Part shown: one piece after another, positions 28,804-41,120 of the stretch | How the letters are laid out: each line of letters begins with the position of its first letter | How positions within the stretch are numbered: the stretch's first letter is position 1 | Assembly (NCBI RefSeq): GCF_009914755.1 | Contig: NC_060925.1 | DNA: 64,000 nucleotides | DNA from: the human T2T-CHM13v2.0 reference genome, Homo sapiens | Direction: 5' to 3' (one strand) | Made by a program: the position numbers and the translations under genes | The notes under the pieces: generated by a model | What the model saw: only the letters and a program-made list of their open reading frames with translations | Database searches by the model: none | Told to the model about the DNA's origin: nothing

Positions 28804-30670
28804 TTGCAATTCCTTGCCTCCACTGTGAGAGAAACCCCAGCCACATCTCCAGTACACAAGAACTTCAAAATGCCTAAGCCACAGTGGTCAAGCATTCCTA
28901 CAGGACCTCCTCCATCAGGATCTTGCTTCAAGTGCCAGAAATCTGGCCACTGGGCCAAGGAATGCCCTCAGCCTGGGATTCCTCCTAAGCCATGTTCCAT
29001 CTGTGTGGGACCCCACTGGAAATCGGACTGTCCAACTTGCCCAGCACCCACTCCCAGAGCCCCTGGAACTCTGGCCCAAGGCTCTCTGACTGACTCCTTC
29101 CCAGATCTTCTTGGCTTAGTGGCTGAAGACTGATGCTGCCTGATCGCCTCAGAAGCCTCCTGGACCATCACAGATGCTTTTGGTAACTCTTACAGTGGAG
29201 GGTAAGTCCGTCCCCTTCTTAATCAATGCAGAGGCTACCCACTCCACATTACCTTCTCTTCAAGGTCCTGTTTCCCTTGTCTTCATAAATGTTGTGGGTA
29301 TTGATGGCCAGGCTTCTAAACCCCTTAAAACTCCCCAACTCTGGTGCCGATTTAAACAACATTCTTTTATACACTTCTTTTTAGTTATCCCCACCTGCCC
29401 AGTTCCCTTATTAGGCTGAGACATTTTAACCAAATTATTTGCTTCCCTGACTATTCCTGGACTACAGCCACATCTCATTGCTGCCCTTCTTCCCAACCCA
29501 AAAGTGGCAACTCCTTTGCCACTTCCTCTCATATCCCCCTACCTTAACCCACAGGTATGGGACACCTCTACTCCCTCCCTGGCAACAAATCACACCCTCA
29601 TTACTATCCCATTAAAACCTAATCACCCTTACCTGGGTCAACGCCAGTATCCCATCCCACAACAGGCTTTAAAGGGATTAAAGCCTGTTATCACTTGCCT
29701 GTTACAACATGTCCTTTTAAAGCCTGTAAACTCTCCTTACAATTCCCCCATTTTACCTGTCCAAAAACTGGACATGCCTTACAGGTTAGTTCAGGATCTG
29801 TGCCTTATCAACCAAATTGTCTTGCCTATCCACGCCATGGTGCCAAACCCATATACTCTCCTATCCTCAATACCTCCCTCCAAAACCCCTCCATAACCCT
29901 TATTCTGTTCTGGATCTCAAAACATGCTTTCTTTACTATTCATTTGCACCCTTCATCCCAGCCTCTCTTCACTTTCACTTGGACTGACCCTGACACCCAT
30001 CAGCCTCAGCAACTTACCTGGGCTGTACTGCCGCAAGGCTTCATGGACAGCCCCCATTACCTCAGTCAACCCAAATTTCTTCTTCATCCATTACCTATCC
30101 AGGCATAGTTCTTCATGAAAACACACGTGCTCTCCCTGCTGATCATGTCCAGCTAATCTCCCCAACCCCAGGACTGGCAAATTGACTTTACTCACATGCC
30201 CCAAATCAGGACACTAAAGTACCTCTTGGTCTGGGTAGACACTTTCACTGGATAGGTAGATGCCTTTCCCACAGGGCCTAAGAAGGCCACCGTGGTCATT
30301 TCTTCCCTTCTGTCAGACATAATTCCTTGGTTTGGCCTTCCCACCTCTATACAGTCTGATAATGGACAAGCCTTTACTAGTCAAAGCACGCAAGCAGTTT
30401 CTCAGGCTCTTGGTATTCAGTGAAACCTTCATACCCCTTACCGTCCTCAATCCTTAGGAAAGGTAGAACTGATTAATGGTCTTTTAAAAACACACCTCAC
30501 CAAGCTCAGCCTCCAACTTAAAAAGGACTGGACAGTACTTTTACCACTTGCCATTCTCAGAATTCGGGCCTGTCCTCGAAATGCTACAAGGTACAGCCCA
30601 TTTAAGATTCTGTATGGACGCTCCTTTTTATTAGGCCCCAGTCTCATTCCAGACACCAGCCCAACTTGAA
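28804..30670 (+). pseudogene. HERV-H gag NC, protease, partial RT and partial integrase remnants
   Basis: Zinc knuckles CFKCQKSGHWAKEC and CSICVGPHWKSDC; LTVEGKSVPFLINAEATHS protease-like; [17 protein letters not shown] and LPQGF RT; WQIDFTHMP integrase start near 30175. Confidence 0.88.
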
Positions 30671-31414
30671 CTGTGCCCCAAAAACTTGTCATCCCTACAA
30701 TCTTCTGTCTAGTCATACTCCTATTCACCATTCTCAACTACTTGTAAATGCCCTGCCCTTTTTTACAGTGCTGATTTATACTTTTCCTCCAAACCATCAT
30801 AACTGATATCTCCTGGTTTTACCTCAAACCGCCACCCTTAAGTCTCTCTTAAAGTGGATAGAAGATCTTCAGTGACAAGGTACACTCCAATACTTTCACC
30901 CTAATAAAGCCCTATTCTTTACTTTTATATTCACTCTTATTCTTGTTCCCATTCTTATGCCACTCTCTACCTCTCCCCAGCTATCTCCACCACACTATCA
31001 ATCTCACTCACTCTCTCCTAGCCATTTCTAATCCTTCTTTAACAAACAATTGCTGGCTTTACAATTTCTCTTTCCTCCAAAATCACCGAGTCCTCAATTT
31101 ACTCACTGCTAAAAAAGGGGACTCTGCATATTTTTAAATGAAGAGTGTTGTTTTTACCTAAATCAATCTGGCCTGGTATATGACAACATAAAAAAAACTC
31201 AAGGATAGAGCCAAAAACCTTGCCAACCAAGCAAGTAATTATGCTGAACCCCCTTGGGCACTCTAATTAGATGTCCTGGGTTCTCCCGATTCTTAATCCT
31301 TTAATACCTGTTTTTCTCCTTCTCTTATGCAGACCTTGTGTCTTCCATTTAGTTTCTCAATTCATACAAAACCGTATCCAGGCCATCACCAATCATTCTA
31401 TACGACAAATGTTT

Positions 31415-31883
31415 TAAGGGAGGAGACCACCCCTCATATTGTCTTATGCCCAATTTCTGCCTCCAAAGAAAGAAGTAAAAATGAAAAGGCAGAAATGAAA
31501 TCCACAGGCAGACAGCCTGATGCCACACCCTGGGCCTGGTGGTTAAGATCAACCCCTGACCTAATCAGTTATGTTATCTATAGATTACAGACATTGTATG
31601 GAAAAGCACTGTGAAAATCCCTGTCTTGTTCTGTTCCTCTAATTACCAGTACACGCAGCCCCTAGTCATGTACCCCCTGCTTGCTCCCCCTGCTTGCTCA
31701 ATCAGTCATGACCCTCTCACGCAGACCCCCTTAGAGTTGTAAGCCCTTAAGAGGAAAAGGAATTGTTCACTCGGAGAGCTCGGTTTTTGAGACATGAGTC
31801 TTGCCAATGCTCCCAGCTGAATAAAGCCCTTCCTTCTTTAACTCAGTGTCTGAGGGGTTTTGTCTGTGTCTTGTCCTGCTACA
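31415..31883 (+). mobile_element. Solo LTR2 (HERV-E/Harlequin type) nested in the HERV-H env remnant
   Basis: TAAGGGAGGAGACCACCCCTCATATTG...GTCCTGCTACA; 4-bp TSD GTTT at 31411-31414 and 31884-31887; AATAAA near 31820. Confidence 0.9.
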
Positions 31884-32954
31884 GTTTCATCTAACAACCC
31901 CATAATATCACCCCTTACCACAAAATCTTCCTTCAGCTTAATCTCTCCCACTCTAGGTTCTCACGCCACCCCTAATCCTGCTCGAAGCAGCCCTGAGAAA
32001 CATCGCCCGTTATCTCTCCACACCACCCCCAAAAATTTTCACTGCCCCAACACTTTACCACTATTTCGTTTTATTTTTCTTATTAATATAAGAAGATAGA
32101 AATGTCAGGCCTCTGAGCCCAAGCCTGCACGTATACATCCACATGGCCTGAAGCAAGTGAAGAATCACAAAAGAAGTGAAAATGGCTGGTTCCTGCCTTA
32201 ACTGATGATATTCCACCATTGTGATTTGTTCCTGCGCCACCTTGACTGAGGGATTAACCTTGTGAAATTCCTTCCCCTGGCTCAGAAGCTCCCCCACTGA
32301 GCACCTTGTGACCCCCACCCCTACCCACAAGTGAAAAACCCCCTTTGACTGTAATTTTCCACTACCCACCCAAATCCTATAAAACAGCCCCACCCCATCT
32401 CCCTTTGCTGACTCTATTTTTGGACTCAGCCCACCTGCACCCAGGTGATTCAAAAGCTTCATTGCTCACACAAAGCCTGTTTGGTGGTCTCTTCACACCG
32501 ACACGCGTGATAATTATTATATTACTTTTAACTAAAACCCTTTCAGAGTCTCGCAGGGAAGGCTGTATATATCTCATAAAATGTTGGGGCCCACTGGATC
32601 AGACAAGGCCACAAAGGCCAAAGGGAAGTAAAGATCTCATTATTTCTCCTAATAATTTCCCTGTCCTTTGTCATAAATGGTGGGTAGGCTGTTATGGTGA
32701 TGGCAGATTTTCTTTCCATAAAATGTCCATAATAGGACATTTGAACAGAAGGGAAAAATCAAATTGCTGAAGTTGAAAGAGGGCAATGCAAAGAACTTTG
32801 GAGAAAGAACTGTACAGAGAAGTCAACTGGCAGATGGGAGGAAGTTTAAGGGGAAAAATATAGATGTCTAAAGAATACATTTATTCATTTTCCACAGTGC
32901 AATTTGGACAAGAAGCCTCTTTCTTGCTTCTTTCTATTCTCATTAAATCATTAG

Positions 32955-33040
32955 AGCTCAAGCAATCCTTCTGCCTCAGCTTCCCGACTAGCTAGGACTA
33001 CAGGTATGTGCTACTATGCCCAGCTAATTTTTTAAAAATT
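32955..33040 (-). mobile_element. Partial AluJ-like fragment
   Basis: GCTCAAGCAATCCTTCTGCCTCAGC..GGACTACAGG..CCCAGCTAATTTTT. Confidence 0.7.
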
Positions 33041-34474
33041 AGATTTTAATTTGGTGAACTATTTCTGTAGGAAACTACAATAATACAGCCCAGGCACATT
33101 GATCTTGGGTGAACAAATCAGAAGGAATGAATAATTCTGTGTTCCTGGGACTCTGACAATTTCATGAACTTGGTACTCTGAGTAAAGCATAGGAGGAGTT
33201 ATTTCATAAAATGTGGAGCACAATCATGTGACGAAGATAATGGGATCCCCATTTCATAAATAAATCTGAAGTTCAGAGAGAGTAACAACTGGCCAGGGTC
33301 ACATCACGGAGACAGAGGCAGGGTTCCCACTGATGCCTCTGACTCCCTGTCCCAGGCCCTTCCTCCTCCCGCAAGCAGAAGTGCAGGGGGCAGAGCTGAC
33401 CCTGTGCAGTGAAAATCTGAGGGCTGAGTTCCTATTGGAACACAAGTGAAAGACTTCCTGGCTTCTAATCTCAGGATAAGGACTCAGAGCTCCATCTGTT
33501 CCAGCCTTAGGATAAGAACCAGAATCTTACACCATGAAAGCATGAAAGGTAAGATTTGAGTGAGGAAAAAAAAAAAAAAAGTCTGTGTTTCAGATTCAGT
33601 TCACAAAGCAGTTTCATACTTAAGGTACCATCACAATAACCCTGTGGGGTAAGCAAGGCAAATTTCATTCTTGTTTTATGGGCATAGGAAGTAAGTCTCA
33701 GGGAGGTTAAGACCAAGGTTTCTGGAGAATTTTATATTATGAATCTTGATTTATGGGATTACTATTATGTAATTCCTAAGATCATATAGGAATCCTAGAG
33801 CTTGAATATAGAACTTTATTTTTAAATCTATATACATCATAATTACAAGGAGTAGTGTCCATTTGGGTTCCTTGGCCCTGATGTGTTAGTGGAATAAACA
33901 TTTTTGTCAGGGTTGCCATGTGTGTCTGTGCACGTGTGCACTGTACACCTCCAGGGGATGTACCCTAAACCACATGAATGTGATTTGCACATCCAAGATT
34001 TACAGTGTACTATAGGGAGAATCTTTTGCAACAGCTTTTGCTATAATACAGAATCTGAGATGTCTTTGAGAAAGAAAAGTGTAATCATTACCAAAAAATT
34101 ATTCTCATAATGTGTGCAAATTTGTATGAAATCTATATTGGCCATGGGACAAGGAGGTATTTCCAGCTAGCTTCTGAAAGGGCTCTATTCTCTCATAAGA
34201 ATTCAGCTGTTGACATTAGGTGATATCTGCCCAGGTCATCAGATGCCATAGAGAAAGAGGGTTTGCTGAAACTTATATCAGCAGTGCACTGTATGCTCTT
34301 TCTGATTTATTTGAACATTCATTTATTGAGTGTCAAGTAATGCACTAGATACTCCAGGGATCTGACACAAACTCTGCCCTGAAGGAGCATGTAATCTCAC
34401 TGGGGAGAAAACAAAACATATGATAATTTCAAAATAACAAACTAGGCAAACTAGTTAACACTTAAAAAGCAGGC

Positions 34475-34480
34475 TTTATT
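34475..34480 (-). terminator. SELL: SELL polyadenylation signal AATAAA (3'UTR about 1.1 kb, roughly 34455-35571)
   Basis: TTTATT on the plus strand, with a GT/T-rich downstream element on the minus strand (TTTTTAAGTGTT..GTTTG). Confidence 0.8.
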
Positions 34481-35571
34481 CAAATGCAAAATTGCATGTT
34501 ACAGGGTAACCTTTCAGTAAGAAGCCAGGAAGAGGAGCTCATCATGGGTTGGATTAGTAAAGGACTAGTTATAAAAGAAGTGGTGGGGTTGAGGGAGGCC
34601 TGAGATGAAATTTAAAGAATATGTAGAATCTAGGTAAGTGGATAAAAGGTCTGGGGGCAGGGGAAAGGAGAGCATTTCATTGTGAATCAAGGAATTTCTC
34701 CACCTGTTTTAACTCTTCCATATGACATCAAAGAGATGTCACTTGCAGCTAGCATTTCAGTGATGTTTTCTTACTAATAATATCGTGATAAAAGAAACAT
34801 TGACTATAAGAAATAGGAATGGGTCTCATAAAAGGAAACAGCAAAACCCCCAAACTAAAAAACAGCGCAGGCTATTTCTCTCTTCTCTCCTTTTGCTTGG
34901 CACTCATGAGATGCTAGGTGTGGAAGTCAGCCAACTGAAAAAGAGAGGTGGCTGAAGAAGGTGGGGAGGCTGAAGCCAGTTAAATAGGATGGTCCAATTC
35001 ACAGACGGCGAGGCTACAGTGCAAATAGGACTCTTTCAACTTGAGCAGGACCCCATTACTTCACTGGAGTTAGAAAGAAAGGAGAGCGTAGACTTTTTGA
35101 ACTTTCTATAAGAGTGTACCTCCACAGTATACAGAAGACGACGTGAAATTTGATCTGCAAGAAAACTGAGTCCATATTCACATATGTATCAAATTTGCAC
35201 TTCATTTAGAAGTGTCTGTCATCAAGTACAGCACTGAATTGAAACTGAAAACAAGAGTCAAGAAAGAGCAAAGTCAGCCATCTTTATATTCCACATGAAT
35301 CCTTTCCCTTTATGGTCTTATTTGTTTCTCCTCAGAAAAGACAAAAAGCTGAGCTGTATAAACACCTGTGGGCTGGGGGTTGAGGGATAAATGAGGGGCG
35401 AAATGGAAGCTGAAGGAACTGTTGGTCAGGTAGAAATCTTCCCAGATGCACTGAAGGAAACACACTTCATGTTTGACGTAGGAGGTGCCACCACACAAAA
35501 CGTTTCATGGAAGGATTTAAAGGATCTCATGATTTTTAGTATTCCAAGAATTTTCTTTCACCAAGGGCGAT

Positions 35572-35590
35572 TTAATATGGGTCATTCATA
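35572..35590 (-). CDS. SELL: SELL exon 9 coding part (..SMNDPY*)
   Basis: ttctttcag|T ATG AAT GAC CCA TAT TAA. Confidence 0.96.
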
Positions 35591-35769
35591 CTGAAAGAAA
35601 AACAAAAGATAATAAGAGTTTAAAAATTGCAAAACTTGGAGTGTTAGTAGTAAAGGTAAATATTCATTAGAGATGAGAAGAGGAGCAAGGAAATGCTTTC
35701 AGCTGGAAATCTCAGACAAGAGGCCAGGCTTTAGGAACCTCTGAAGATGAACAAATGTAAGCAAACCCT

Positions 35770-35932
35770 AGTAGCAGCACTTCTCAGATTTTCATGTGCT
35801 TACCACTCAGAGATGGTGTTAAAATGCAGACTCTGATTCAGTAGGTCTGAGTGGAGCCTGAGATTCTGCACCCCTAACAAGCTCTTTAGTGATGCTTATG
35901 CCACTGGCGCACAGACCCCACTTGGAGAAATT
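35770..35932. mobile_element. MER5-type hAT MITE
   Basis: TTAAAATGCAGACTCTGATTCAGTAGGTCTG..CCTGAGATTCTGCA..CTAACAAGCTC..GTGATGCT MER5 core. Confidence 0.75.
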
Positions 35933-35997
35933 TTTGTGGTGCATACGGTCTTTGTCTCCAGATCTAATGAGTCTGAAGGACAGTGTAGATTGATTTT

Positions 35998-36332
35998 TTA
36001 AATTTATGTTTATTTTAATTTAATTTAATTTAATTTATTTATTTATTTATTTTTGAGATGGAGTCTCACTCTGTTGCCCAGTCCGGAGTGCAGTGGCACG
36101 GAGGCAGCTCATGCAACCACGGCCTCCTGGGTTCAAGCGATTCTTCCGCCTCAACTTCCTGAGTAGCTGGGAATACAGGCACGTGCCAGCACACCCAGCT
36201 AATTTTTGTATTTTTAGTAGAGATGGGGTTTCACCACATTGGCCAAGCTAATCTCAAACTCCTGACCTCATGATCCACCTGCCACGGCCTCCGAAAGTGC
36301 TGGGATTACAGGCGTGAGCCACCGAGCCCAGC
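35998..36332 (-). mobile_element. AluS-like in intron 8
   Basis: TSD TGTAGATTGATTTT at 35984-35997 and 36333-36346; (TTTAA)/(TTTA) tail. Confidence 0.92.
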
Positions 36333-39300
36333 TGTAGATTGATTTTGAGCAGTGGAAAGTCAAGGAATTAGAAGGCATGCTTAAATGGAAAGTGAAATTG
36401 GAGAAAATTTAAACTCATGAAATAGTGGTGGTTATAAACTCGTGATAAATTATATCCTGGGATATAATTTAATGAGATGGTAACACATTTAGTTTAAAGA
36501 AATAAGTGACACTTTTTTTGTGTGACACAACTGTCTTATTCTTGGAAAGGACAAGGAGAGAATGAAATATGGTATGTCTTCACAGCACCTTTCAAAGGGA
36601 GAACCAGATTCTGAGGAGCTGGTCTCATGATGAACTGTCAGGGTAAACCACAGTTCAGCAGCTGCAAATGTGCTTGCCAAAATAGAGACAAAAAAATGTT
36701 TCTGAAAACAAAATTTCACATATGCCCTCCTCTGAGGTTGGCATCATATCTTCCTGTGTATCTTGGGTGTAGCTTCTATCCTGCCAGAATTTAGACAGTA
36801 GAAACCAAATGAGGTGATAAACAGAGTCATTTTGCAGAAGAGTCAAAATAACCCAGCAAGAAATGAAACCACAAATGCCCAAGGAGTCATTCATTCACCA
36901 TTCAAAAGCTAATAGAAATGAACACAAACTACTATGAAAATTCACCCAAGAACTTAAAAAAAAAAAAAAAGGCTCATGGTGTTTAGTGTGATAGTATTCA
37001 TTTTACCTTTGACTTGTTCTAAAAACACACCATACTTCTACCCCACCCTTCCTCAGTGCCGTCACACAATGGTTTCAGTGTGAAAAAAAAAACCACGTTA
37101 CTGGAAAAGGAGGGTGCCTGGGACTTGCCACTCTAAGCTGGTAGTCAAGGGTCTTGAGTTCTAAAAGCATACGCGTTAAGAGCATGATTCCTGGATCCAA
37201 ATGAGTATGGATCTCAGCATTGCCATTTATTGTGACCTCAGGCTATTTTATTTCTCTGTGCCTGTTTCTTTATCAGTAATGAAGATGTTCATAGACCCTT
37301 CTCCCACAGACTTAAAGGCATATTTCATGATTTAAGACATGTAAACCATTCATAACAGTATACAACATGGAATTAATATTTGATAAAGGTTTATGATTAT
37401 TGTAACTAACTCTGTCACTTGCTCAAGGCCTATAGAAAACTTACTTAATTAGTTCAACTACAAAAAGAGTTTGAATGTGATATCCACCAAGATCATATTC
37501 AGACCTAGAATTCTGTGATTCTTATGAATTAATACAGCCTTGGTCAATAAATGAGAGCTGGGCAAATAATTCTTCTTTGCTAGGCCTTTCTAGACCATCT
37601 GGTGAAGCATTCAAGACTTATGTTATTGGGGCCAGCCTTCCTTTCCAACTTCAACTCCACAACTCCTCAATAAGCCATGGGCTCAAGAAAGTTCTGCTCA
37701 GTGGCCCCTGAAAAATGCTTTCATAGTCTCACTACCATACCACTGCTTACACAATTTCCTTCCTACAGACTGCCTTCCTTTCCTGCTTTTCTCCATATAC
37801 CTAAATCCTATCTATTCTTCATAAGCAACCTTCTTTATAACATTTTCTATAACCACCAAGCCAAATGACCTTTTCCTTCTTAAATATAGCACCCATTGGC
37901 CATTACCATGCTCTGCCTTGTATTTTTCTGATTTTTTTCTTTCTATATTCCTGTCTTAACTCCCCAGCTAGGTAATAATTTTCCTGAAATCAGGGACCAG
38001 GCTGACTCCTCTTGCTGTCTCAAGAAAGCTTAGCAGTTTCCAACACAAAAATGTTCAATAAACAACTATTAATTGACTGATTATAAAAAATCAGTGAACC
38101 ATTAAACTTAATATAGCAATTTGCTTAGCATGGTAATTAGCTTTTTGCTAATATTCTTCCAGCCAGTCTCTCCTCCTGTGCCTCAAGGACATCTTAAAAA
38201 AAAAAAATCTAGTTGATCTGCTTCCATCTAGTGGCAATTAAAACAGGTGGTTCCGGTAGCCAGAAAACAGCTCTGGGTAGATTGTGCCAGAAAATACTTT
38301 CACTCAGTAGGTGCGAGTTTGAAAGAAATCTTCACATCTGTGGGTTTCCTGCCACAGACATAGGGAGACCAGCCCAGAGAAAGAAGCCTTTCCTCACTAG
38401 ACTCCATTTGCACTAGTAAAGAGAAGACAGAGTAATTAAAAAGAATAAAAAGAACCTCCACTGATCGTACATCCTCATCCAGTTACCCCTGCCCCACTTC
38501 TCCTTCACAGCCAAACATTTTAAAAGAGATGACTGCTTGTTCTGTCTCTACTTTCTCATCCTCAGTAATGCTCAATGCTTGGCCGTCTGACCTCTGTCTT
38601 GATGTCTGCACTGCAAATAGTCTCCCCACTGACACCCTTGTTGCATCCAGGGGATACTTACTGGTTCTCTTGGCAATGTTTGAAACCGTTCCCCTTTCTT
38701 TGTTTCCTTGGCATTCATTACCCCACACTCTTTCTCCTCTTCCTTCTCCCTGCCTGGCAACATCTTTTCATTTCTCTTTCCCTTAGGTGACTTATTAGAT
38801 AATGATGTTCCTCTGGCTCCCATACTCTCTCCCAGGTCCTCTTCCATTCTTAAAGCACTCACACCCTCCCTGGATGATAGTACCCACTCCTGAGATGGCA
38901 GTTACCTCCTGAAATGTGAGGGACCCAAATCCACTTCTCCTGCCATAGCCTCTGTGCTTTGGATAGGTCCAATGAGCCACAGTGAATGATGTGCATACAC
39001 CCAAAGCTCAGTACAAAACTGAACCCATGATCTTTACCTCCAAAACCTCTCATTCTTTTATGTTCCCTTCTCAGAAGTAAACAGGACTACCATCCGCCAG
39101 TTTCCAGGTGAGAAAGATGATAATTTGATTCTTCTCTCTCACTTTTAGCCAATTAACAGACACATTCAGTTAATATCACCTCCTCTTATTTCATGAACCC
39201 ATTCTTACTACTAGTTCCCTAGACAGGCGCCATCGGTTTTAATCTAATAACTGCAAATGCCTCCAAAACAAGTCTCTTTGAATCCAGGCTCACCTGTCTC

Positions 39301-40322
39301 CCACACTTGCCATACTGCTCTGCAGGGTGACCTTATAAGATGCCAGAGGTAAGGCTACTCACTGTTTAAACCCCTTTAGTGATATCCCAAAAGACCTCAA
39401 GATAAAGCCCATATCACATGGCTTATACATTAGTTTATGATCTGGCTTCTGGTGCCTCATTTTTCCCCACTTTTTCCTTTGCATTCTAAGCAATGGCCCA
39501 TACTAAGTTTGTGATTGGTAGGATGGTTGCCCAAACCAGCATCCAATCCCTTCAGAAATCATCTCACTTCATTTCTAGCATTTTAAAGGAAGCTCAGTTG
39601 TCCAGCTGGGTACTGAATATGTCACCAAAGTCCTCCTTTCATAGTTTATTTTACTTAAACTCTCCTTCCTAAAATTCCAGAGCAAGTCACTAAACCCTAG
39701 ATACTGAGAAATATTTTTCCATCTTCATTTCTGCCAGGTGGGCCATCAACTTTCACATGTCTGCATCTCCTCCCACTGTGCTATTTCTCCAGTAGAAGAA
39801 ATTTGAGCTTCAAGACCAAACTGAAAAATACTTGCCTCCTTGGGGAAGCTGTAGGTAGAATTCATGCTCCCTATCTTTCCCACATTTCTGAAGGACAATG
39901 CCTGTTAGAGCAATTGAATGCAAATAGTCAATTGAATAAGCATTTATTCATTTCTCAATAAGTGCTTGTTCAATTGAATATTTCTTAAATAATATATTTA
40001 AGAACAAGAAGAACACACCACAATGTTTTTAACCCTCAGAAAAAATTCTGAGGTAATCAGAAAAATCTCCCTTTACATAAACTGCCCTTTTCTAATAGGG
40101 ATTACTTGTTCGTTCATTCATTCATTCAGCTCCACTAGCACCAAAAAGCACAGCTCTGAAAGGAAGCTAGTAGATTTATCACCTTATCTGGTCATTTGGA
40201 TGAGGACCCCAGGTAAATAAACTACTATGGGGTTAATGTGTCTAGCTAGAGCAGGAAGTAACTTAAGGAAGTAGAGAATGAATCAGCAGATGTGGAAACT
40301 CCTCGCCACTAATAAAACTTAC

Positions 40323-40341
40323 CTTCTCTTGGATTTCTTGC
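40323..40341 (-). CDS. SELL: SELL exon 8, 19-nt microexon (GKKSKRS)
   Basis: ttttcag|GCAAGAAATCCAAGAGAAG|gtaagt. Confidence 0.96.
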
Positions 40342-41016
40342 CTGAAAATAGAAAATAGAGAAAAGGCATTAGCAAAAATTAGACAATTTAAAGTTTTTCA
40401 AGTAAGGGAGAAGGAAGACTCCCACTCTCAAAACTGTCTTTTGAAGTATATTAGGTATTTGTTAGGTGGACCCTATCTGTGTCAAAGGAGATTTGAGGAA
40501 CTGGCTTAATAAACAGTGGTAGACACTAATACAGAACAGACATGTTGATGCAGATGCCTCCTGAGGTTCCATTCCATTCTCCGTGCTACTCAAGAAGACA
40601 GAATTGCTAAATTGCCTGGTGGCAAGACCCAATATGTCCATTCAAGTGTTTATCCCTTCCCAATCTGCCATCTCATCCTACCTGCAGATTCTTCCCTTGA
40701 GGGACAGCTGCTAATACTGTAAAACTATGTGCCATTACAGCTCACAGCATCATCTCTATGAGAATCCACAAGAGAATTTCACTTTGGTCTTGTTGGTAGG
40801 AATTGTGCAGCCTCATCTGAGTAACTAATGTGTTTTTATCTTACAAACACAAGGAATATCACATGGTTCTCCTTTGACTGGCTGTAAGGAAACTCAGAGC
40901 TAGATCTGAGACCCTCTCCTACCAAGTATATAAAACTTTGTGACATACATTTTTGTGCCATAACTTCAACCTTGGTTCCAAATGATTTTTGTACCCTAAG
41001 TTTAAATTTGGCTTTC

Positions 41017-41120
41017 TTTTTTTTTTTTTTGTACTCAATAAAACATCAAGCTCATTTATTATTGCGAAGAGCGAAACAACAAAGCTTCCACAGCGTGGAA
41101 GGGGACCCGAGTGGGTTGCC
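41017..41120 (-). mobile_element. Short polyadenylated retroposed insert with an LTR12-type R-region 5' end
   Basis: Minus strand: GGCAACCCACTCGGGTCCCCTTCCACGCTGTGGAAGCTTTGTTGTTTCGCTCTTCGCAAT (matches 5886-5945), then AATAAA, about 24 nt, and A14; imperfect TSD. Confidence 0.75.

Larger units (their letters stand above)
26858..32512 (+). mobile_element. HERV-H provirus (common deleted type) with LTR7-family LTRs
   Basis: Two 410-bp LTRs (26858-27267, 32103-32512); 5-bp TSD ATTAT at 26853-26857 and 32513-32517; His PBS; purine tract AAGAAGATAGAAA before the 3' LTR. Confidence 0.96.
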
